Made by a program: the position numbers and the translations under genes
NCBI RefSeq assembly: GCF_000009705.1
Contig: NC_003272.1
Location: 870,001-902,000, forward strand
DNA: 32,000 nt
DNA from: Nostoc sp. PCC 7120 = FACHB-418
GTDB lineage: Bacteria; Cyanobacteriota; Cyanobacteriia; Cyanobacteriales; Nostocaceae
Direction of reading: 5' to 3'
The notes under the pieces: model-generated
What the model was told of the DNA's origin: nothing
Seen by the model: only the letters and a program-made list of their open reading frames with translations
Database searches by the model: none
In this document: positions 7,323 through 14,647 of the stretch, in pieces
Position numbering within the stretch: the stretch's first letter is position 1
Layout of the letters: each line of letters starts with the position of its first letter

Positions 7323-10300
7323 CTATTTATTATCAGGGCAAATTTCTTTTCGCAAATCAGGACGGGAAGCGAGGTATTCTTTTAAATCGTTGCAACCTCG
7401 CGCTAGTAAGCTATCTAAACTTTGAACCCGACGCAACTGCACAAAATAATTACCTTCAATGGCAATTAATTTATTATCCGGGCTGAATACTACACGCCTA
7501 CTTTGATATTCAGCAAACTGCTGCCAAGAACCATCTCTTACCTCAGTCCACAGACGCACAGTACGATCTAGTGAAACAGTGGCAATAGTCTTACCATCAG
7601 GGCTAAATATTGGATCGCTGACTATAGTTGAACTGTTATGCTTGAGAGTGGCAATCTCCTGCCCTCGTAAATTCCATAACTTGACTGTTTTATCCCCTGA
7701 ACGAATACCAATAGTCTTGCCGTCTGGACTAAATGATATATGGTTGATCCAACCATCATGTGTGAGAGTAGCTATTTCCCTTCCTTGCAGATTCCATAAT
7801 TTGGCAGTATTACTCAACGTTGAAACCGTGGCAATAGTCTTACCATCAGGACTAAATAATACATCGCTAAAACTACCATGCTGGAGAGTGATAATTTCCT
7901 CACCTTTAAGGTTCCACAACTTCACAGATCCGCTAATATCTGAATCACGATACACTGAAGCAGTAGCAACTGTATGACCATCAGGGCTAAATACTACTTC
8001 CCCTAGATGCTTGTGTTTGAAAGTCGCAATTTCTTGTCCTTCTAGATTCCACAACTTTGCATTCTCATAAGAAGTAGTTAAAACAGACTTGCCATCAGGG
8101 TTAAATATTACTTCACGAACTCCACCCTCATTTGTGAGAGTAGCAATTAATTGACCTTGAAGATTCCACAGTTTGGCTGTGTCATCAGATGTGGCAATGA
8201 TATTACTGTCAGGGCTAAATACTACTTCTTTGTCAGGCTCATACTTGTGTTTGAGAGTAGCAATTAACTGACCTTGTAGGTTCCACAACTTAACTGTTTT
8301 ATCACTTGAAGTAGTAGTAGCAATAGTTTTACCATCAGGGCTAAATACTGCATCGTTGACTACGCCATCATGTTTGAGAGTGACAATTTCGCCTTTTTGA
8401 AGGTTCCACAGCTTTGCAGTACCATCGTATGAAGTAGTAGCAACAGTTTTTCCGTCAGGGCTAAATACTATATTGTTAATCTGATCGTTATGTTTGAGGA
8501 TACGAATGTTCCCACCTTGCAGGTTCCATAACTTGGCTGTACCGTCCGATGAAGCAGTGGTGATAGTTCTACCATCAGGGCTAAATGCTAAGTTTAAGAC
8601 TTGGCTATAATGCGTGAAAATTGCTATTTTTTTCCCTTGGAGGTTCCACAAATGGGCAGTATTATCAAGTAAAGCAGTTGCAATAGTCTGACCGTCAGGA
8701 CTAAACTCTAAACGGCTAATATCTTGAAATAGACCCTGATGCTTGAAAGTTCCGATGATATTTCCTTTAAGGTTCCACAAATTGACTGTTCCGTCATGTA
8801 CATAGGATGAAACAGTTGCAACAGTGTTACCGTCAGGACTAAATACTATATCCTCGACCTTATCGTTATGTTTAAGAGTTGCGATGGTATTTCCTTGGAG
8901 GTTGTACAAATTAACTGTTTTATCATCTGAATAAATGGCAACAACTTTACCATTAGGGCTAAATACTGAGTTCTTGATTCCTATATCAGGATAATATTTG
9001 AAAGTGGCAATTTCTTTTCCCTGCAAGTTCCACAGCTTAGTAGTTGCATCCCTCCGCGAAGTAGTCGCAACAACTTTACCATCAGGACTAAAAAATAGAT
9101 TATTAACAACGGAAAGATATTTTGTCATTTTGTTATGTATGATAGTGGCAATTTCCTTTCCTTGCAGATTCCACAGCTTGACATCGCTGTCGTATGAAGC
9201 AATGGCAACATTTTTACCGTCAGGACTAAATACTATATTTTGTACTAATGAGTCATATTGAAGAGTAGCTATCTCCCCTCCTTGGAGGTTCCACAACTTG
9301 GCAGTATCCCATGAAGCAGTACCAACAGTTTTACCATCGGGGCTAAATGCTACATCGTTAACCTCCTTGTTATGTTTGAAAGTAGCTATTTTTCCACCTT
9401 GTAGATTCCACAACTTAGCAGTACCGTCATCCGAAGCAGTAGCAACAATTTGACCATTGGGACTAAATGCTACGTTGTTGACCTTTTTGTCATGTTTGAG
9501 AGTAGTAATTGTCCCTGTTTGCAAGTTCAACAGCTTGGTAGTACCGTCATCTGAAATATTCGCAACAATTTTAGTATCAGGACTAAATACTTGCTTCTGA
9601 ACTCGACGGTCATCTTTTAATTGATTTATCTCGCGGTTATATTCTAAAGTATTGTGCAAGGCTAATATAGGGCTAACAGTTGGGTAATCTTTTAGTTGAT
9701 TACCATTTTTAACTAACTGTTTTAATTGCTTTACAGACCTCATCGCCTCAACTAAATTATCCAATCCCACATTCCCACGCAAGCGCAATAAATCAGCCGA
9801 TGACCGCTCTAAATCTGTGACAACTTGGGCTTGTTGTCGTTCTATGTTTGCACTAATCGCCCCAATTGCTGCTACTATTGCCCCAACAACAAATAAAGCT
9901 AAAATACCTCCACCAATGTTTATTTTTCTCTCGACTTCTGTTAATCGCTGCTTTGCCTTTTCTTCTTCCTGTAAAGCTTGATTTTGTCTAGTTTCCGCCT
10001 TCACAACCTTCTGATTTAACTCAGCTTCCACACTCGCAGATAAAAACCGATAATCAACATCGCTTAACTTTCTTCCATCCGCCCAAACACGAGCTTTTTC
10101 TAAATCTTCTCCCCACAATAAGCAAGTATTATCCTGATAATTACTCTCTACCCAAGCCCTTAATTTATCAGCATAAAAGCGTAACTTACCTAACTCATTC
10201 TCAACCCAACTTAAATCAAAAACATTCCTATAAATCTGGTTATAAACCCTTAATTTACCTTGCTGCTGTACTACCAAACCAGTCAAACGCAAGCGCATCT

Positions 10301-11312
10301 GCTCAAAGCTACTATCAGCAGTCATTTCTACCTGTTGTAAAATCTGCTGATATAACCCCAGCAAAGCAACAGAAATTTCCTCGCTAATTAGTAACCTGTC
10401 TCGAATCGTTTTTAAATGCTCTTGTTTATCGTTTGCTTCCCAATTATCAATAATTTGATTGTGAATAATTTCTTTAACTAATTCAATAATCTGATTTTCA
10501 TCAACAGACCTAAAATCTCGCTTTTCAATACTTAAAGCTTTCCCCAATAATTCACAAACTCTCTGAGTTAAAAATGGCTGTCCCCCCGTCCAAGCTAAAA
10601 CCTCTTGCATCACAGCTTGGGGATTTTCTACTTTTCCTGCTAATCCCTTGGCTAAAGGTTCAATGTCGTGAATCTTAAATCCATCTAACTCAATTGCTTC
10701 GCCAATATTAAAGGGGGTTCGGGTTTTATCTTGGATTAAATCACCGGGGGTTGCTACTCCTAATAAAGCAAAGGTCAACCGTTTATAAGCTGGATTTTCA
10801 GCACGTTTGTTATAACAACTTCTAATCAGAGCAAAAAAATCTTCGCTCGCAAATCCTAAACTCAGGGTACTATCAATTTCATCAACAAAGATAATAATAT
10901 GTCTTTGGATAGATGACAGAAGTACATCCTCAATAAATTCGTCAAACCTCTGCACGGGAGAAATATCATGGCGATCGCGCCACCAAGTCCGACGAAATTC
11001 GATGGGTTTGGCAATTTGCAAATCCTTGACAATTTTGGAAACAATACCTGTATACCATTGTTCCTGGGTGACGTTATCTTTGCTACCCTGCCCAGAAACA
11101 TCAATACTGGAACAAGCCACCCCTTCGTTGACAAGTCTTTGCATCACGCGAACTTTCAAGCTCGATTTACCCATTTGGCGTGAGTTAAAGACGTAACAAT
11201 ATTTACCCGCTTTCAAAGCTTGATAAAAATCAGAGTCGGCTTTCCTCACCACATAACTAGGCGCATCCGGGGGGAGACTTGCTCCAACTTGGTATTCGTA
11301 ATTGTCAACCAT
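7323..11312 (-). CDS. AAA-like (AAA_35/STAND-type) ATPase - coiled coil - hydrophobic helix - 18-blade WD40 repeat protein
   Basis: The product is 1329 aa. The N-terminus YQVGASLPPDAPSYVV..., Walker A NSRQMGKSS (GKS at 11163-11171) and Walker B IIIFVDEID are present. Helix INIGGGILALFVVGAIVAAIGAISA lies at 9849-9923. Eighteen FSPDG...KLWNLQG units occupy 7422-9590, and the C-terminal tail is SLDSLLARGCNDLKEYL. Confidence 0.85.
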   Translation of the reverse strand: MVDNYEYQVGASLPPDAPSYVVRKADSDFYQALKAGKYCYVFNSRQMGKSSLKVRVMQRLVNEGVACSSIDVSGQGSKDNVTQEQWYTGIVSKIVKDLQIAKPIEFRRTWWRDRHDISPVQRFDEFIEDVLLSSIQRHIIIFVDEIDSTLSLGFASEDFFALIRSCYNKRAENPAYKRLTFALLGVATPGDLIQDKTRTPFNIGEAIELDGFKIHDIEPLAKGLAGKVENPQAVMQEVLAWTGGQPFLTQRVCELLGKALSIEKRDFRSVDENQIIELVKEIIHNQIIDNWEANDKQEHLKTIRDRLLISEEISVALLGLYQQILQQVEMTADSSFEQMRLRLTGLVVQQQGKLRVYNQIYRNVFDLSWVENELGKLRFYADKLRAWVESNYQDNTCLLWGEDLEKARVWADGRKLSDVDYRFLSASVEAELNQKVVKAETRQNQALQEEEKAKQRLTEVERKINIGGGILALFVVGAIVAAIGAISANIERQQAQVVTDLERSSADLLRLRGNVGLDNLVEAMRSVKQLKQLVKNGNQLKDYPTVSPILALHNTLEYNREINQLKDDRRVQKQVFSPDTKIVANISDDGTTKLLNLQTGTITTLKHDKKVNNVAFSPNGQIVATASDDGTAKLWNLQGGKIATFKHNKEVNDVAFSPDGKTVGTASWDTAKLWNLQGGEIATLQYDSLVQNIVFSPDGKNVAIASYDSDVKLWNLQGKEIATIIHNKMTKYLSVVNNLFFSPDGKVVATTSRRDATTKLWNLQGKEIATFKYYPDIGIKNSVFSPNGKVVAIYSDDKTVNLYNLQGNTIATLKHNDKVEDIVFSPDGNTVATVSSYVHDGTVNLWNLKGNIIGTFKHQGLFQDISRLEFSPDGQTIATALLDNTAHLWNLQGKKIAIFTHYSQVLNLAFSPDGRTITTASSDGTAKLWNLQGGNIRILKHNDQINNIVFSPDGKTVATTSYDGTAKLWNLQKGEIVTLKHDGVVNDAVFSPDGKTIATTTSSDKTVKLWNLQGQLIATLKHKYEPDKEVVFSPDSNIIATSDDTAKLWNLQGQLIATLTNEGGVREVIFNPDGKSVLTTSYENAKLWNLEGQEIATFKHKHLGEVVFSPDGHTVATASVYRDSDISGSVKLWNLKGEEIITLQHGSFSDVLFSPDGKTIATVSTLSNTAKLWNLQGREIATLTHDGWINHISFSPDGKTIGIRSGDKTVKLWNLRGQEIATLKHNSSTIVSDPIFSPDGKTIATVSLDRTVRLWTEVRDGSWQQFAEYQSRRVVFSPDNKLIAIEGNYFVQLRRVQSLDSLLARGCNDLKEYLASRPDLRKEICPDNK
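7422..9590 (-). repeat. Coding tandem repeat (~120-138 bp units, 18 copies) encoding the WD40 blades
   Basis: A recurrent plus-strand motif CCATCAGGGCTAAAT (the reverse complement of FSPDG codons) appears with a roughly 123-bp period. It also generates spurious antisense ORFs. Confidence 0.85.
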
Positions 11313-11405
11313 TACTTTTTCAATTTCTCCAATTTCGGTTATCTAATTATTTCTTCTGAAAAAAAATAATTACGAAACAACCTCAAAAGCTTTTGTTATG
11401 TAAGT

Positions 11406-11541
11406 CAATACAGTTCAGTTAAAGCTAACAACTTAGACTAATGTAGGTTGGGTGAAGGAACGGAACCCAACATTATCAAGACTTTGTTGGGTTACGCTAT
11501 CGCTACACCCAACCTACTATTTTCTTAACTGAACTGTATTG
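11406..11541. mobile_element. MITE-like nested palindrome in the divergent spacer
   Basis: There are perfect 17-bp terminal inverted repeats: CAATACAGTTCAGTTAA at 11406-11422 and TTAACTGAACTGTATTG at 11525-11541. Inner 12-bp arms are GTAGGTTGGGTG at 11443-11454 and CACCCAACCTAC at 11506-11517. Flanking direct repeats TTATGTAAGT (11396-11405) and TTATATAAGT (11542-11551) match 9/10. Confidence 0.65.
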
Positions 11542-11577
11542 TTATATAAGTTTAGCCGAAGTGGGATTGTAAAAACT

Positions 11578-11645
11578 TTGAATTTGATTTGAATTTGATT
11601 TGAATTTGATTTGAGTTTGATTTGAGTTTTGTGAGTCTGATTTTT
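11578..11645. repeat. 11-nt tandem repeat (TTGAATTTGAT)x~6, degenerating 3'
   Basis: Three perfect units span 11578-11610, followed by TTGAGTTTGAT, TTGAGTTTTGT and GAGTCTGATTT. The array sits 60-130 nt upstream of the ATG at 11707. Confidence 0.8.
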
Positions 11646-11706
11646 AGGGGTTTATCTATAGCGAGAAATCCTCTAATCTGTTTGTATAGTTATTATCTAT
11701 GTCGTT

Positions 11707-13038
11707 ATGACTGTGAATCCAGAACCCATTAGGGTATTAGGTTTTAGGGTGCGTCAGGACTATATCAACAAAGTTAAAGCTGCCATGAAGACAGCTATGA
11801 TGAAAATGGGTAAGAAGAATCAGGAAACTTTTGCCTATGCAATTCAAATCGCTCCATCAACATTAAGTAGTTTTCTCAATGGTAAAAATGTCGCTCTGGG
11901 AACTTTCCAGCAAATTTGTCAAAGCTTAGATTTAAACTGGGAAGACATCGCAGATAGAGCAGATAACTCAATTACCCTTCCAGTTCTCCAATCTTCCGCG
12001 ACATCATCACCAATCCTCTCCCCTGATATGTCCATCAAATATCCAGAAGGGCCAGTTGCATTAGATTCCCCTTTTTATATTGAACGTCCCCCCACAGAAC
12101 AGGATTGTTACCGAGAAATTAGCAAACATGGCGCATTAATTCGCATCAAATCCGCCGAACAAACTGGAAAAACTTCATTACTAATTCGGATTCTGCACCA
12201 AGCACAAACAAAAGGCGATCGCACTGTTTATATCAGTTTAAAGGAAGCAGACAATCAATGTTTTATCAACTTAGATAAATTTCTGCGTTGGTTTTGTGCA
12301 ACCGTTAGCCGGAAATTAAAATTAGAAAATCGCTTAGATGAATATTGGGAAGATGATATTAGTTGCAATATGCGCTGCGAAACCTATTTTGAAGAATACA
12401 TCTTACCAGAAATAGGTCAACCATTAACCCTCGGCTTAGATGAAGTTGATAGATTGTTTGCATACCCCGATATTTACGGTGATTTTTTTGGCTTACTGCG
12501 ATATCTCCACGAAGAAGCTAGACGAGAGAATATTTGGCAAAAATTTCGCTTAGTCCTCGCCCATTCCACCGAAATTTATGTCCCTTTAGATATCAATCGT
12601 TCTCCATTTAATGCGGGTTTTCCTGTCGATTTACCAGAATTTAATTCACAACAGATAACCGAATTAGCCGAAAAACATCAATTAAATTGGGGTGAAAAAG
12701 AAGTTACTCAACTCACCTCAATGATAGGTGGACACCCGTTTTTAGTTCGTCTTGCTTTATATCATATCGCCCGTCAAGATGTCAGTTTAGATAAGTTTCT
12801 CCAAACAGCAGCCACCGACTCAGGGATTTACTCAAAACAGTTATATCGTCTCATGTCCGCCCTCGAACAACAACCAGAACTATTAGCAGCAATGCGAGAA
12901 GTTGCAAAAGCAAATCATCCTGTACAGTTAAGCGCCGAAATCAAATTCAAATTACAAGCAATGGGATTAGTCAAAATCACAAATGATGGTGTGATACCCA
13001 GTTGTGAATTATATCGACAATATTTTCAAAATTTTTAA
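11707..13038 (+). CDS. HTH (XRE-like) - AAA-like (AAA_35/STAND-type) ATPase
   Basis: The product is 443 aa. The HTH segment ETFAYAIQIAPSTLSSFLNGKNVALGTFQQICQSLDLNWEDI maps to about 11818-11955. Walker A is SAEQTGKTS (GKT at 12166-12174) and Walker B is LTLGLDEVD (DE at 12439-12444). It shares the PFNAG and GGHPFL motifs with the 1329-aa neighbour. Confidence 0.8.
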   Translation: MTVNPEPIRVLGFRVRQDYINKVKAAMKTAMMKMGKKNQETFAYAIQIAPSTLSSFLNGKNVALGTFQQICQSLDLNWEDIADRADNSITLPVLQSSATSSPILSPDMSIKYPEGPVALDSPFYIERPPTEQDCYREISKHGALIRIKSAEQTGKTSLLIRILHQAQTKGDRTVYISLKEADNQCFINLDKFLRWFCATVSRKLKLENRLDEYWEDDISCNMRCETYFEEYILPEIGQPLTLGLDEVDRLFAYPDIYGDFFGLLRYLHEEARRENIWQKFRLVLAHSTEIYVPLDINRSPFNAGFPVDLPEFNSQQITELAEKHQLNWGEKEVTQLTSMIGGHPFLVRLALYHIARQDVSLDKFLQTAATDSGIYSKQLYRLMSALEQQPELLAAMREVAKANHPVQLSAEIKFKLQAMGLVKITNDGVIPSCELYRQYFQNF

Positions 13039-13148
13039 TTCCCTGTTTGTTATGAATTCAGCATGAACTGAAGGTGAAAATATTCTATTTATATTCAAAA
13101 GAAATTTAGACCAGTTTCAGAGCGAAACACCTATCATTCCATTGTTCT

Positions 13149-13646
13149 ATGAAATTGTCGAGTTCAACAGACAATTTCATGTTACAAGCATTCAGCAACA
13201 AACAAATCAAAAACCTCACAGCAAGCGCAGTCTTCGCTGTTCTCTCCCTCACATCAACCGTAGTTCGTGCAAACGATGGCCCATATATTGATCAAGTCAA
13301 AAACCAGTTATTCAGAGCAGCATTTGCATCTGGTTTAAATGGTTACACTTTAACTCACGAACCTACCATTGATACCCTCCGTGAAGGTCGCTCCCACTAT
13401 ATAAACGTAAATCTGCGTGCAGGTATTTCCTATGGGATTGTGGGAGTTTGTGACAGCGATTGTCAAGATTTAGACATTTCTCTCTATGATCACCGAGGAA
13501 ACTTGATTGCTTCAGATTTACAAGATGATGACATTCCCATGATTAGCTTCAATCCCTCTCGAAGCGGTAGATATCAAATCCAAGTTGATATGGCTAATTG
13601 TAATGCTAATACTTGTTACTACGGCGTGGGTGTATTTGGTCAATAA
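13149..13646 (+). CDS. Small secreted/periplasmic protein with 4 Cys, function unknown
   Basis: It has a signal-peptide-like N-terminus (LTASAVFAVLSLTSTVVRA|NDG). The mature part is beta-rich with two Cys pairs (GVCDSDCQD, ANCNANTCYYG). An alternative start is the ATG at 13179. Confidence 0.55.
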   Translation: MKLSSSTDNFMLQAFSNKQIKNLTASAVFAVLSLTSTVVRANDGPYIDQVKNQLFRAAFASGLNGYTLTHEPTIDTLREGRSHYINVNLRAGISYGIVGVCDSDCQDLDISLYDHRGNLIASDLQDDDIPMISFNPSRSGRYQIQVDMANCNANTCYYGVGVFGQ

Positions 13647-13721
13647 GCCAAAATTCAGTAGACGGAAAAGTTTGGCGATCGCTACCCCCACTGAAGGTAT
13701 CACTAAAAATTTGATCAACCT

Positions 13722-13752
13722 TCACAAGTTCCTCAAACTCTTCACCTATAAC
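13722..13752 (+). promoter_or_regulatory. Predicted promoter module of the hoxU-hoxY-hoxH cluster (copy of the 1838-1868 module; -10 box TATAAC)
   Basis: TCACAAGTTCCTCAAACTCTTCACCTATAA is 27/30 identical to 1838-1867. TATAAC sits at 13747-13752, which predicts a TSS near 13759. Confidence 0.5.
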
Positions 13753-13816
13753 TCAAGGTGTGAGTGATGAATTATGACACCAACCAAAGGCTAATTCTCA
13801 ACCAGGGCTAAGAGCA

Positions 13817-14533
13817 ATGTCAGTCAAAACTTTAACAATTAACGACCAACTCATTAGCGCTCAAGAGGAGGAAACCTTACTACAGGCGGCGCAAGAGGCG
13901 GGGATTCATATTCCGACACTGTGCCATTTAGAAGGGGTTGGTGATGTGGGTGCTTGTCGGCTGTGTTTGGTGGAAATTACTGGTAGTAACAAATTGTTAC
14001 CGGCTTGTGTCACGAAAGTTGCCGAAGGGATGGAAGTTCGCACAAATAGCGATCGCCTACAAAAATACCGTCGTACAATTGTCGAAATGCTTTTTGCTGA
14101 GGGCAATCACATTTGTTCTGTTTGCGTGGCTAATAATAATTGCGAACTGCAAGACCTAGCCATTGAAATGGGCATGGATCATGTGCGTCTAGAATACCAT
14201 TTCCCAAATCGCAAAGTTGATATTTCTCACGATCGCTTTGGTGTTGACCATAACCGTTGTGTACTTTGTACTCGCTGCATCCGTGTTTGTGATGAAATCG
14301 AAGGCGCACACACTTGGGATATGGCAGGTAGGGGAACAAACTCTCACGTAATTACCGACCTCAGCCAACCTTGGGGAACCTCTGACACTTGTACTTCCTG
14401 CGGTAAATGCGTCAATGCTTGCCCCACAGGAGCTATATTCTACCAGGGTTCCAGCGTTGGAGAAATGAAACGCGATCGCGCCAAACTCGATTTTTTAGTC
14501 ACAGCACGGGAAAAACAGCAATGGAACCTTTAG
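13817..14533 (+). CDS. hoxU: Bidirectional hydrogenase diaphorase subunit HoxU (NuoG-N-terminal-like Fe-S protein)
   Basis: It has a 2Fe-2S ferredoxin-type N-terminus ([19 protein letters not shown]...ACVT). It also has 4Fe-4S motifs [13 protein letters not shown] and [15 protein letters not shown]. Confidence 0.9.
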   Translation: MSVKTLTINDQLISAQEEETLLQAAQEAGIHIPTLCHLEGVGDVGACRLCLVEITGSNKLLPACVTKVAEGMEVRTNSDRLQKYRRTIVEMLFAEGNHICSVCVANNNCELQDLAIEMGMDHVRLEYHFPNRKVDISHDRFGVDHNRCVLCTRCIRVCDEIEGAHTWDMAGRGTNSHVITDLSQPWGTSDTCTSCGKCVNACPTGAIFYQGSSVGEMKRDRAKLDFLVTAREKQQWNL

Positions 14534-14647
14534 AGAGAGATGGGGAAGGAGAAGAGGCAAGGGAGCAGGGGGCGGGGAGCGGAGGGGAGACGTTACTTAA
14601 AGTCCCTTCTCTTCCCTCGTCCCTAAGAAAACCAGGAGGTGAAACTG

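Noticed and set aside
7211-7486. 91-aa plus-strand ORF
   Set aside because: It is encoded by the HIP1-capped repeats and the antisense of the WD40 gene 3' end. Its composition is low-complexity and basic.
7579-9261. Plus-strand ORFs 7579-7977 and 8998-9261, antisense to the WD40 gene
   Set aside because: Their repetitive translations (VAIVLPSGLN...CRFHNL) are the mirror image of the FSPDG/LWNL repeat codons. They are an artefact of an open antisense frame in a tandem coding repeat.
7422-9590. Regular ~123-bp DNA periodicity considered as a possible CRISPR-like array
   Set aside because: The repeats are in frame within a continuous 1329-codon ORF and encode WD40 blades. There is no short-repeat/unique-spacer structure.
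14557-14572. Long-range RNA pairing between GCAAGGGAGCAGGGG (14557-14571) and CCCCTGCTTCCCTTGC (16769-16784), 15 bp with a 1-nt bulge, which would mask the hoxH start region
   Set aside because: In 32 kb, about one exact 15-mer inverted match is expected by chance, and more once a bulge is allowed. Both arms are low-complexity members of a repeat family. This is not significant on its own.
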